Position numbers and translations under genes: made by a program. DNA of 64,000 bases from a virus, in the IMG/VR virus record IMGVR_UViG_3300021476_000001, positions 1 through 64,000 of that record; one strand, written 5' to 3'. This document shows, piece after piece, positions 51,757 through 60,650 of the stretch (position 1 is its first letter; each line of letters begins with the position of its first letter). The notes beneath the pieces were generated by a model. That model was not told the origin of the DNA. It saw only the letters and a program-made list of their open reading frames with translations, and did no database searches.

Positions 51757-54249
51757 ATGAACACAACGAACGACATACTCAACAGATGCCCCCACCTCCT
51801 ATCCCCCGCTCATCTTGCTATAGCCGACACAGGTGGCAAAGAGAAGAACCCTCCTCACTTGCAGAAGTTGACTGAGATGCTAGTCAAGGCTTGGCGAACT
51901 CCAAACTCAAGGACCGCTGTCATCCTCCCATTCCAACATGGGAAACAGCTTACTCACGACACTCCTATACTCACAGAGTGTGGGTGGAAAACACACGGGG
52001 AACTGAAAGTTGGTGACTATGTATTCTCCCCAAGTGGCCTACCCGTTAAAGTATTAGCACTGTCCGAAGACGGTAAGTCTGATTACTTAGTACACTTCTC
52101 TGATGGATCAAAAATACAATGTCATAGCAGACATGAGTGGTATGTCTATGATAGAGGTAACCAGAGATTTATAATTGCCGAAACACAGTACATTGCTGGG
52201 AGAAAACTAAAAGCAGATACACACTTTGTGTTTAGTGTACCGAGAATACTACCACTCATAATGCCATCACAAGCACTAGCTCTACACCCATACGCACTAG
52301 GAGCTTGGCTTGGAGATGGAAACTCTGACTATCCTTGGTTATCACACGGAGGAGATGACTGGGAAGTAGTAAATGGGATAATAGCTTGTGGATATAAGTG
52401 TACAAGACGGACTCTGATGCGAAATGAGTTAGGGGAATCCTACTATAGTGTATTCAACGGAATGATGGCTGGATTGGTTGGATACTGTCTGCTTGGTAAT
52501 AAGCACATACCTGAAGACTATCTATTCGCTTCTGACGAACAAAGGATGGAGCTACTGGCTGGCTTAATAGACACGGATGGCAATTATTCACCAGAGAAGA
52601 GGGAAGAGTTTGGTGGCGGTGGACAGTATAGGTTTACTAATACAAACAAGCGCCTTATTGACCAAGTAGCCTTCCTAGTTAGAACACTTGGATTCAAGCC
52701 CTCTATACAAGAGTACGAACCTACAACAACTACATCGGGTATAGTAGGTAAGGAAAGAGTTTATGTAATTGCTTTTTCACCAACGAGAGCGATACCCTGT
52801 CGGTTACCACGAAAGCAAACTATAGGACTCTCTGAACCTTGTCGTGTTGCGATAACAAAGATCGAGAGATGCACTCCGAAACCAGGACGTTGTATAGAAG
52901 TAGAAGGAGGACTTTATTTAGTCGGTGAGAACCTAACTCCAACTCATAACTCTCGTAGATGCTCTATCTACTTCCCAGCGTGGGTGTTACTCCTGTGGCC
53001 TGAGACTCGTATAGCTCTAGCAAGTTATGAGGAAACGTTTGCTTGCAGCTTCGGAGCTAAGGTGCGTGACATAGTCAACCGTTACGGACCTGCATTCGGT
53101 ATCAACTTACGAGATGACACCAACGCTAAAGGTGAATGGATTATAGACAGCTATGAAGGTGGTATGGTCTGTAAGGGCAGAGGCGGTGCACTAACTGGAA
53201 GACCTGCTGACCTACTTATTATAGATGACTGTATAAAGAATAGTGAGGAAGCTCAGTCGCCTACTATCTTGGAGAACCTATGGGACTGGTATTGCACAGT
53301 GGCCTATAGTCGCCTTGGTCCAACTGCTCCTATAGTCATAATAGGTACACGATGGGGGCCACATGACTTATTCAGTAGAATTGAGGCGGAAGGTAAAGTA
53401 GGTGGTGATAAGTTCGAGACTCTTACCTTCAAAGCGATAGCCACAGAAGGAGACTTGCTAGGTAGAAAGATAGGTGAGGCTTTATGGCCTGAAAGGGTGC
53501 CTCTAGATAGACTTGAAAAGATTAAGAAGGCTAGACCTCGTTGGTTCCGCGTCTGTTGGCAGGGTGAGTCTGAGGGTGAGACTGGTGTCCACTTCCAACC
53601 AAAAGAGTGGCCACGTTATACTGATGTAGGAGACGCTTGGCGTGTCCACGCTGGAATTAACTGGGACCACTATAGAAAGCTTGAGTGTACTATCCTTCAT
53701 GCTGTAGACTGGGCACAGAGCGGAAAGAAGAAGTCAAATAAGACCGCTATAGTTACAGGTGCATTGACTCCAGATGGTAAGATTCTAGTGCTCAGCGTCC
53801 TCAACAAGCTACTCCGCTATGAAGAGAACGCTCCAGCGCTAAATGAAGTATGCAAGTTATTTGCTAACTTTGCTGGGGACCCTATGGACACTATCGTGTG
53901 CTCCGACGACGACATGCTCTCAGACGCCATGATGGTCGAGTGCAAAAGGTTTCGTGCTATACCCCCTATCAAGCTCCTTGCCATAAAATCTAAATCCAAA
54001 ATTAACCGAGCGCAGGCTAGTATAATACGGAGTCAAAATCACATGTTTCTACTGCCTAGCATAGTCTATGAGTGGGAAGAAGAGATGACGGACCAGTTAG
54101 CTGCATTCACAGGCGAAGAGGGTGAAGAGGATGATATTGCAGACTGCTTTGGTATACTAGGTCGCCTAGCTAACGAGTTTGCACCTGGCGAAGATCAAGA
54201 AGAACAAGAACCTGTACTCGGCTCAATAGGATTCAGTGGAGAATGGTAA
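51757..54249 (+). CDS. terL: terminase large subunit (intein-containing precursor)
   Basis: The P-loop PFQHGK|...|SRR is reconstituted after removing residues 64-398. Walker B is ADLLIIDD. Other motifs are IIGTRWGPHD and the nuclease-domain acidic motifs HAVDWAQSG and DDIADCFG. The mature protein would be 495 aa. Confidence 0.8.
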   Translation: MNTTNDILNRCPHLLSPAHLAIADTGGKEKNPPHLQKLTEMLVKAWRTPNSRTAVILPFQHGKQLTHDTPILTECGWKTHGELKVGDYVFSPSGLPVKVLALSEDGKSDYLVHFSDGSKIQCHSRHEWYVYDRGNQRFIIAETQYIAGRKLKADTHFVFSVPRILPLIMPSQALALHPYALGAWLGDGNSDYPWLSHGGDDWEVVNGIIACGYKCTRRTLMRNELGESYYSVFNGMMAGLVGYCLLGNKHIPEDYLFASDEQRMELLAGLIDTDGNYSPEKREEFGGGGQYRFTNTNKRLIDQVAFLVRTLGFKPSIQEYEPTTTTSGIVGKERVYVIAFSPTRAIPCRLPRKQTIGLSEPCRVAITKIERCTPKPGRCIEVEGGLYLVGENLTPTHNSRRCSIYFPAWVLLLWPETRIALASYEETFACSFGAKVRDIVNRYGPAFGINLRDDTNAKGEWIIDSYEGGMVCKGRGGALTGRPADLLIIDDCIKNSEEAQSPTILENLWDWYCTVAYSRLGPTAPIVIIGTRWGPHDLFSRIEAEGKVGGDKFETLTFKAIATEGDLLGRKIGEALWPERVPLDRLEKIKKARPRWFRVCWQGESEGETGVHFQPKEWPRYTDVGDAWRVHAGINWDHYRKLECTILHAVDWAQSGKKKSNKTAIVTGALTPDGKILVLSVLNKLLRYEENAPALNEVCKLFANFAGDPMDTIVCSDDDMLSDAMMVECKRFRAIPPIKLLAIKSKSKINRAQASIIRSQNHMFLLPSIVYEWEEEMTDQLAAFTGEEGEEDDIADCFGILGRLANEFAPGEDQEEQEPVLGSIGFSGEW
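51946..52950 (+). mobile_element. intein (335 aa) with LAGLIDADG homing-endonuclease domain, class-3-like
   Basis: Block A is QLTHDTPILTECGWKTHGELKVGDYVFSPSG. Block B is IQCHSRHEW. LAGLIDADG motifs are LGAWLGDGNS and LLAGLIDTDGNYS. Blocks F and G are GRCIEVEGGLYLVGENLTPTHN, followed by the +1 Ser. Confidence 0.75.
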
Positions 54250-54285
54250 GGTGTGGAACACTAAAGAGGACTGATAAGGTGTAGG

Positions 54286-54504
54286 ATGCTTAAGAGGGCT
54301 AGTAAAAAGCAATGGAAGCTACATAAGGCATCGCTCGAAATAAATATAACTCGTTTACAACATATGCTGGATGAGTTGAAAGCTTTGGAAACTGACTTAC
54401 AGACTGAGTTAGACTTGGAAAAGTTAGCACTTAGAAGAGCGAGCGCTGAATTGATACCCGCAGAGAAGCGTGGAATCCTTAGAGGACATCAAGAAGGCAA
54501 ATGA
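54286..54504 (+). CDS. hypothetical coiled-coil protein
   Basis: ATG preceded by aaggtgtagg. Heptad-like Leu/Glu pattern. Confidence 0.45.
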   Translation: MLKRASKKQWKLHKASLEINITRLQHMLDELKALETDLQTELDLEKLALRRASAELIPAEKRGILRGHQEGK

Positions 54505-54722
54505 AACTTCCAATAGACATAGTACCCTCCATCTCTGGACTTCGCTTCCGTTGGAGTCAAACCGTAGACTCTCTTGCTGGCATAAGGACTGTAGATTGTG
54601 AAGGACTGTTAACACTCTCAGCGGAAAAAGCAGTTGCAGACTTAATAGATCTCGCAAAACACCTTACTGCTGAGAATGGCAGACTTAGAGAGCAACTTGC
54701 TTCTAAGACTTCTAAAGATTAA
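54501..54722 (+). CDS. hypothetical small protein
   Basis: Start overlaps the upstream stop (ATGA). Confidence 0.45.
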   Translation: MKLPIDIVPSISGLRFRWSQTVDSLAGIRTVDCEGLLTLSAEKAVADLIDLAKHLTAENGRLREQLASKTSKD

Positions 54723-54799
54723 AAGCAGTATTCCTCAAAGGGTAAATAGGGATAGGGATAAAGTAGGTAGGTCAGAAAAAATTAAAGGGTAAATTAGGC

Positions 54800-56134
54800 A
54801 TGTCAACCACAGCTTTTTGGTCTCCTAACCAAGCAGCAGTTGCTCAGATTGAGACTTATACCTTTGCTGCACCTAATAGTGTTGGTAACACCTATATTGC
54901 TACGATCAACAGCAAGTCGGTCATATACAGCTCAATAAGTGGAGATACAGCAGCGACTGTTGCAACAGGACTGTTTAACCTTCTAAATATATCAACAGGA
55001 ATAGCCGCCGAACTTACCGAGATTTCATTTGCAAACCCAAGTAGCGGAGTCATAACAGCAACTGCTAAGGTTGCAGGGACACCTTTTGCTAACCTATCTG
55101 GTGGATCAAGTTCAGGACTTGTACTATCCACTGGCAACGGACTTGCAAACGGTATAACTACAGCACATACAACTGCAAACGCATCGCCAAGTGACGCAAA
55201 TGACCCTCAGAATTGGCTCCGTGTAACACCTCCCGCACCTGGTGTGCGACAACTACCTCAGAATACAGACGACGTATTAGTAGCAAACAGCTCAGTTCCA
55301 CTACTTTGGAACTTAGATCAGCTTGCAGCCGTCCAGTTTAATACGTATAGGCGCTGGCAATCGTTTACTGGAACAATAGGACTACCTGAGAATAACCCCA
55401 ACGGCTATACTGAGTGGAGAGCAACCTATTTCAAGTTTGTTGGTCCCCAAGGGTCTGTCCCAGCTGGTGGACTCTTAATGATCTTGGGTGAGAACACAGG
55501 TAGTGGGTTAGGTCCATCACGCGAGAGATATGACACTGGATCACAACCTGTAACTCTTACTATTTTGGCAACGGGTCAAGCGGCAGATGAATACGGAGTA
55601 AGATGGAAGGGAGTACACACTGCGAACACCTTTACTATACTAGGAGGTACAAGCCTTGGAATTGCAATGTTACCTGGAGAGACTGCTAATCTCGCCAGCT
55701 GTACTATAGATGGTAGCGCAACTGTAGGGATTGGCTCTGGTGTTACTTGGACTGCTGCGTCTACTCTTACTATGTATGGTGGATCAACCATCATAAACGC
55801 AGCTCCTGCAACTTTAACTATGAACAACGGGGCACAAGGTACTGTTGCTAAAGACGCTTTGACTTGGCCCGCAATTAACATGCAAGGAGGCTCCTCACTT
55901 GTATGGCTTGCTGGTGGAACTATTACAACTCTAACAATGACCACCAGCTCTTCAATAGACAAGAGTCAAGATGCTCGCTCCTTAACTATTACAAACTCGA
56001 CAATAGATGGAGATACCTGCTCAGTCAACGACCCATTAAACGCAGTAACTTGGACAAATCCAACCTCAGTCAAGCAGCAGGTGACAGCTGGCCCGTTCAA
56101 GTTTACAGGAACTCGGACAGTGAAAGTAACATAA
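54800..56134 (+). CDS. beta-helix-like repeat structural protein (fibre, spike or capsid-associated)
   Basis: The C-terminal two thirds are rich in short G/S/T-x-hydrophobic rungs (TIDGSATVGIGSGVTWTAASTLTMYGGSTIINAAPATLTMNNG..LVWLAGGTITTLTMTTSS). Function inferred from composition only. Confidence 0.45.
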   Translation: MSTTAFWSPNQAAVAQIETYTFAAPNSVGNTYIATINSKSVIYSSISGDTAATVATGLFNLLNISTGIAAELTEISFANPSSGVITATAKVAGTPFANLSGGSSSGLVLSTGNGLANGITTAHTTANASPSDANDPQNWLRVTPPAPGVRQLPQNTDDVLVANSSVPLLWNLDQLAAVQFNTYRRWQSFTGTIGLPENNPNGYTEWRATYFKFVGPQGSVPAGGLLMILGENTGSGLGPSRERYDTGSQPVTLTILATGQAADEYGVRWKGVHTANTFTILGGTSLGIAMLPGETANLASCTIDGSATVGIGSGVTWTAASTLTMYGGSTIINAAPATLTMNNGAQGTVAKDALTWPAINMQGGSSLVWLAGGTITTLTMTTSSSIDKSQDARSLTITNSTIDGDTCSVNDPLNAVTWTNPTSVKQQVTAGPFKFTGTRTVKVT

Positions 56135-56153
56135 CTAGAAAAGAGGGTGTACA

Positions 56154-56636
56154 ATGGCAGAAACACTAGAACAAGGACAGGTTCAGTCTCCAGCTGGTTT
56201 CGTGTTTGGGGTACAGGGATGGCTCTGGGGAGAGCCAGTTCCAAAGTCTATTACCTTCTTCCTCGATGGAACAGCCAAAGTGTCTGATCAACACGGAAGA
56301 CCGATAAAAGGTGCTGTTATCAACAACAAAGAAGTTAAGTTTGCTCTTACTCCTCCGAAGTATGATGACAAGCTAGGTGACAGAGCTGATCTTGCTACAC
56401 ACACTCAAGTGATAGCTGCGCTTGATGCTGAACGTGTAGACTGGAGAACGCTTGACTCCGCCGGTTGGCCACAGCTACCTTATGAGCAGTTGATAAAGCT
56501 TCCATCTCTTCCACCGACTCCTGTTGAGGAGTTGCGAAAGATACCTAACTCAGATTTGCGAAAGGCGGCTTTCCGCGCTCGTCGTGAGTTCGATGAAGCT
56601 AAGGCAAAGGAGTTAGAAGCTCTGGAAGCGGAGTAA
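56154..56636 (+). CDS. hypothetical protein
   Basis: RBS aagagggtg upstream. No motif recognised. Confidence 0.5.
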   Translation: MAETLEQGQVQSPAGFVFGVQGWLWGEPVPKSITFFLDGTAKVSDQHGRPIKGAVINNKEVKFALTPPKYDDKLGDRADLATHTQVIAALDAERVDWRTLDSAGWPQLPYEQLIKLPSLPPTPVEELRKIPNSDLRKAAFRARREFDEAKAKELEALEAE

Positions 56637-56639
56637 CAT

Positions 56640-56954
56640 ATGTCCTTCAAGGAGTTCTACGGGCAAGTCTACTTGCCTAGACACGATAACTACCATTGCC
56701 TCTTAATGCACGTGCTAGGCTTCTGGCTATGTGTTGCTGTGATAACAGTTGCTATAGCTGAAGGTTTATGGTTAGCTCTTGTTGCTGTACCGGTCATTTC
56801 CTACGGGCTTGCATGGAGCAGTCACTTAGTATATGCACACAACACCCCAGCAAGCTTTGACTTCAAGGACTCTTGGCTAGCTCCAGTCTACTCGATGCTA
56901 GGCTATATCCTAATGAATGTACAAGTTCTATTTGGAAGGATACCAAAGGTCTAA
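56640..56954 (+). CDS. DUF962 / Mpo1-like small membrane protein
   Basis: YLPRHDNYHCLLMHVLGFW and WSSHLVYAHNTPASFDF resemble the two His-containing motifs of DUF962 as recalled. There are 2-3 hydrophobic helices. Confidence 0.4.
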   Translation: MSFKEFYGQVYLPRHDNYHCLLMHVLGFWLCVAVITVAIAEGLWLALVAVPVISYGLAWSSHLVYAHNTPASFDFKDSWLAPVYSMLGYILMNVQVLFGRIPKV

Positions 56955-57181
56955 CTTTTCTCCGCTCGATAGATAAAGGGCGCTGCTACAGTAATTAGCC
57001 ACCTTAGTCCAGCAGACATATCCCCCCTCCCCCACTTCCGAAGTAGACTAGCTTGCTCGTCAGTTAAACTAAGTGTCCGGCGCTTGAGCGGAGGTACGTG
57101 CCGCTTACGGCCAGAGCCCACTGGTTTCCACCGTTTCAAGTGTCCTTCATACCCTTCATCATTTTCTATTGAACGTGACAT
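56951..57181 (-). CDS. RHH-like small protein, lone antisense gene in the late operon
   Basis: ATG 57181 (MSRSIEND) is preceded by ggggga. RRTLSLTDEQASLLRKWGRGDMSAGLRWLI fits a ribbon-helix-helix pattern. Confidence 0.4.
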   Translation of the reverse strand: MSRSIENDEGYEGHLKRWKPVGSGRKRHVPPLKRRTLSLTDEQASLLRKWGRGDMSAGLRWLITVAAPFIYRAEKS

Positions 57182-57270
57182 AGATAAATCCCCCAATGTT
57201 GGTATTGACAGGTTAACCGCTCCTATGTTAAGGTGGCACAATGAAATATTGGCGCTAACTGGAGTAAACC

Positions 57271-57402
57271 ATGCCACTCAAAAAAGGTCGCAGTAAAGCT
57301 ACGATCAGTAGGAACATAAGGACAGAGATAAAGGCTGGTAAGCCACGAAAACAAGCCGTTGCTATTGCTCTGCATAAAGCAGGTAAGGGTAGAAAGTCAT
57401 AG
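57271..57402 (+). CDS. small basic conserved phage protein (43 aa; KKG.S..IS.NI..E...[11 protein letters not shown] motif)
   Basis: Encodes [44 protein letters not shown] recall this motif from small ORFs near head genes of many phages (DUF6496-like). Below the ORF-track cutoff. Confidence 0.5.
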   Translation: MPLKKGRSKATISRNIRTEIKAGKPRKQAVAIALHKAGKGRKS

Positions 57403-57433
57403 GAGACTTGCAGAGGACTTGTAGGAGACCTCT

Positions 57434-58957
57434 ATGCTTATAGAGAAAGAAATTATTAGTCCAGGTACATACTGGTACGTGGACGAAAAGACAGGACTTC
57501 CACGTAAGTGGGATGTTACACCAGAGATTACGAGGCAGTTGCATAAAGACGGCAACGAGATGGTAGCGCTTGGCCTTCCCATTCCAGTTCCGTTCGAGCA
57601 CGACTTTAATGCACATCCAATGACTCCAAAGGAGAAATTACTTAATAATGCCGGAGAGGTAAAAGAGTACCGGCTAAAAGGTGACACCCTTTGGAGTGTA
57701 GTTGACGTCCAAGATGAAGAGGTTAGGAAGAAAGTTGGTAAGTCTATTCGATGGACCTCGCCTTGGATTAGCTCCTTTACAGACGGGACCGGTCGACAGT
57801 GGAACAACGTGATTGCTCATCTTGCGTTGACTACAAGACCTCGCGTAGTGAAGCAAGCACCATTTGAGTCAATCGCAGTAGCCCTCTCTTTAGCAACTCC
57901 ACTAGACGTTAAAGACATACCGAAGGAGGGCTTCTGCGTCTCGAAAGCTGGGAGACTGGTAGTACGCAAAAAGGACCAGAAACTCTGTCCCCAGTATCCG
58001 ATGGCTTTCTCGTTGTACAGTGGAAGTAAAGTCTTTGCCGACGCCTTCAGTCCAAGTTCCCAAGGTAAAGGCAGTAAAGGTGGGAAGAAAGGTAAACAAG
58101 ATAGCCAGGAGGATGACTACGACAATAGAGAGCTAGACGATGATGGAGAGTACACTTCAGACGACGATGATAGAAGTGCAGACATAAGTGGGTTAATGAA
58201 CCCACTACAAGATAAGCATGGTGACGTGGGTATGGAAGAGTTGCTCTGTGACCTTTTATGCGCTCTTGGTGTTATGATGCCCCAAGGGGTTGGAGAGGGA
58301 GAGTTCAAGAGAGCTTTGTATGAAGCCGCAATGTCAAAGATATATGAACTCACTTCTAAAGCTCAAGCGCAGACTGATGCTAGTGCCCAAGCAACAAGAG
58401 CTAATACTACGTCACCGGCTGGAAACAATCCAAACAACCCACTTATTCAGCAGGAGCAGCAACCGATGTATATGTCACTTGAAGACATCAACAAGATTAC
58501 TGACCCAACTATGAAGAGTGTTGCACTCTCAATGTACAACGAGAATGTTAAGCTTCGAGCTGAGTTAGATGCAAATGCAAAGGTAACTGCCTCCCTCCGA
58601 GACGCAAAGTTGAAGGAGGCCGGAGCCATACGGTCAACACGAGTGGCTCTACTAAGCAAGTTGTCTCCAAAGGTCAAGGCAGACCTTGACGCAATGCTTG
58701 CTCTACCTTCAATGGCGCTTAGTATGGGTGAAGCTGGTGCAGTAGTCGACCCAATGGCACAAGTTTTAGCGGTTCTTGAAAAAGGACTTTCAGACCTACC
58801 TCGACTCTTAACTGTGGACACTACAGCGTTGTCTGTATCTGCGCAGCCAACTGACGATGACATGCTCACCCAGGAACGAGAGAACGAACTTGCTGATGAC
58901 TTGTCTCGAAGAATGGGGTATCCACCTGAGAAAGTTGAGAAGAAGAAAGCCTCGTAA
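57434..58957 (+). CDS. prohead protease/scaffold-like protein (Mu gpI / DUF2213-like N-terminus, acidic linker, coiled-coil C-terminus)
   Basis: LGLPIPVPFEHDF and NNVIAHLALTTRPRV resemble DUF2213/Mu I motifs. Contains an acidic stretch DDYDNRELDDDGEYTSDDDDRSAD. The C-terminus is helical and Ala/Leu/Lys-rich. Confidence 0.45.
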   Translation: MLIEKEIISPGTYWYVDEKTGLPRKWDVTPEITRQLHKDGNEMVALGLPIPVPFEHDFNAHPMTPKEKLLNNAGEVKEYRLKGDTLWSVVDVQDEEVRKKVGKSIRWTSPWISSFTDGTGRQWNNVIAHLALTTRPRVVKQAPFESIAVALSLATPLDVKDIPKEGFCVSKAGRLVVRKKDQKLCPQYPMAFSLYSGSKVFADAFSPSSQGKGSKGGKKGKQDSQEDDYDNRELDDDGEYTSDDDDRSADISGLMNPLQDKHGDVGMEELLCDLLCALGVMMPQGVGEGEFKRALYEAAMSKIYELTSKAQAQTDASAQATRANTTSPAGNNPNNPLIQQEQQPMYMSLEDINKITDPTMKSVALSMYNENVKLRAELDANAKVTASLRDAKLKEAGAIRSTRVALLSKLSPKVKADLDAMLALPSMALSMGEAGAVVDPMAQVLAVLEKGLSDLPRLLTVDTTALSVSAQPTDDDMLTQERENELADDLSRRMGYPPEKVEKKKAS

Positions 58958-59027
58958 GTAGGCAGGCGAGTGAGATGCTGATAACACCTCACCCGCCCTA
59001 ACACTACAACCTGAAAGGAAGGTTGCA

Positions 59028-59510
59028 ATGTCTGAATCTGATGATATCACAAAAGAGCAGCGGCGGAAACAATTAGCTGCATATTGGGAGAAGAAAAACG
59101 AAGAGAAGAAAGCGAGACGAAGAGAAAGACAAAAACTTCACACAAAAGTATGTGCTAAGAATTATATACAACAAGGACTATGTAGAGCGTGTGGAGGACC
59201 AAGGGAAGACAAAAGTGTCCAACACTGTGATAAGTGTGGGAAAAGAAGAAAGAGGGCATGGACACTAAGGCTTTATGGATTAACCGGCAGTGAGTATGAA
59301 GAACTTGCTGCATATCAAAATTGGGTATGTGCAATATGCGGAAAGAAGGAGACGTCGAAACGGGGCAACTTGGCGGTTGATCACGACCATAAAACGGGAA
59401 AAGTTCGTGGACTTCTGTGTCATAAGTGTAATAGTGGCCTTGGTAGTTTTGGTGACTCACCAGAACTTCTTAAAAGTGCCATAAACTATCTAAAACTCTA
59501 TTCAGAGTAG
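59028..59510 (+). CDS. HNH / endonuclease VII-family nuclease (free-standing homing-type)
   Basis: CAICGKKETSKRGNLAVDHDHKTGKVRGLLCHKCNSGLG is the Endonuclease_7 signature. It is preceded by additional CxxC pairs. Confidence 0.75.
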   Translation: MSESDDITKEQRRKQLAAYWEKKNEEKKARRRERQKLHTKVCAKNYIQQGLCRACGGPREDKSVQHCDKCGKRRKRAWTLRLYGLTGSEYEELAAYQNWVCAICGKKETSKRGNLAVDHDHKTGKVRGLLCHKCNSGLGSFGDSPELLKSAINYLKLYSE

Positions 59511-59512
59511 GA

Positions 59513-60310
59513 GTGTGTCCCATTTTGATGACCGACAGTTATGGCATAGTCCCAGGCTTGACAACTTCGCGCGAAACCTATGAAGCAGAGTTTCGGTGGG
59601 GTTCTCAGTTTCAAGGTGTATTTACTAACGCCTTGATTGATGGCTCCTCACTTGACGTTGGGAACTCACCGACCTTTGAGCTTCGGCCTGGTCTCTTGCT
59701 AGGGCAGAACCTTACTACAGGTAAGTTCAAACCTTATGCAGCAGGCAATACAGACGGAACCGAAGTTGCTACTGGTGTCTTGATCGAAGCCCTACGTATG
59801 CAAGACTTTAGTGGCAACAACGTTGACCGCTTCTATGCGGTCTTGGTGGGTGGACCAGTCCAAGCTTCAAAGCTGCTAGGCTTAGACCTTAATGCTATCC
59901 AGCAGATGGACAAGTTTATCTTTGATACCTCACTCCGATTAACAGATATGCCAGGTGGTCACTGGTATCCGTTTAAGAGGTTCCAAACGAAGACTGCAAA
60001 CTATAGTATCATAGCAACTGATAACTACAACCACTTCGACAACCTTGGTGCAAGCGCTGAGGTAGACATTACACTTCCACCAATTGCAAACGGTTACTAC
60101 TTTGGATTCACCTGTATGGTGGACCAAACGTTTAAGGCTATATCAAATGAAGGCGCTAACATAGTTACGTTCAACAATGCTGTTGGAAACCAGGTATCCT
60201 ACGCGACTCCTGGCTCACGTATTGGTGGAACTTTTCGTATCTATACAAACCCAGCCGCAACGAAGTGGATCGTGGAACAGATTGGTAGCAACACACTAAC
60301 TGTGGCATAG
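59513..60310 (+). CDS. capsid-associated protein with lambda gpD-like (head decoration) N-terminal region
   Basis: ELRPGLLLGQNLTTGKFKPYAAGNTDGTEVATGVLIEAL..RFYAVLVGGPVQASKL resembles the head-decoration protein pattern. ATG 59528 is an alternative start. No clear major capsid gene was recognised in the window. Confidence 0.4.
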   Translation: MCPILMTDSYGIVPGLTTSRETYEAEFRWGSQFQGVFTNALIDGSSLDVGNSPTFELRPGLLLGQNLTTGKFKPYAAGNTDGTEVATGVLIEALRMQDFSGNNVDRFYAVLVGGPVQASKLLGLDLNAIQQMDKFIFDTSLRLTDMPGGHWYPFKRFQTKTANYSIIATDNYNHFDNLGASAEVDITLPPIANGYYFGFTCMVDQTFKAISNEGANIVTFNNAVGNQVSYATPGSRIGGTFRIYTNPAATKWIVEQIGSNTLTVA

Positions 60311-60338
60311 AAAACTAGGTCGTTAAGAGGTGAAACAT

Positions 60339-60635
60339 ATGACTCTGAAGTGCAAAGTTATTGGGGCGTCGACAGGTGGTAGTGGAGTGACTACACTTCA
60401 GTTCAACCTGCCGTTTACTAAGGCTCAAGTTGAGGCCGTCGGCATTGACTGGCAAGCTTTATTAGCTGCAATTGAGCAGTATGGCTTGCCGTTGGTCCTG
60501 GGCGTGGTCCAGGACATCCTGACCAAGAACTATGCTGATCTCATCAACTTGGCATTGCTCTATGGAGCGCCATTGATCTTAGCGATTCTGGCAGCTCTAG
60601 GTGTTAATCCACCTGCGCCAGTTCTTGCTTTGTAG
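60339..60635 (+). CDS. hypothetical protein with hydrophobic C-terminus
   Basis: ATG 60339 follows aagagg (GTG 60330 is an alternative). The C-terminus is LINLALLYGAPLILAILAALGV. Confidence 0.45.
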   Translation: MTLKCKVIGASTGGSGVTTLQFNLPFTKAQVEAVGIDWQALLAAIEQYGLPLVLGVVQDILTKNYADLINLALLYGAPLILAILAALGVNPPAPVLAL

Positions 60636-60650
60636 GGGTCAAGGCTAGTT

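Noticed and set aside
57084-57296. Plus-strand ORF 57084..57296 (70 aa)
   Set aside because: It overlaps the RBS-preceded minus-strand RHH-like ORF and the start of the conserved 43-aa ORF at 57271. It has no RBS. I consider it spurious, with modest certainty.
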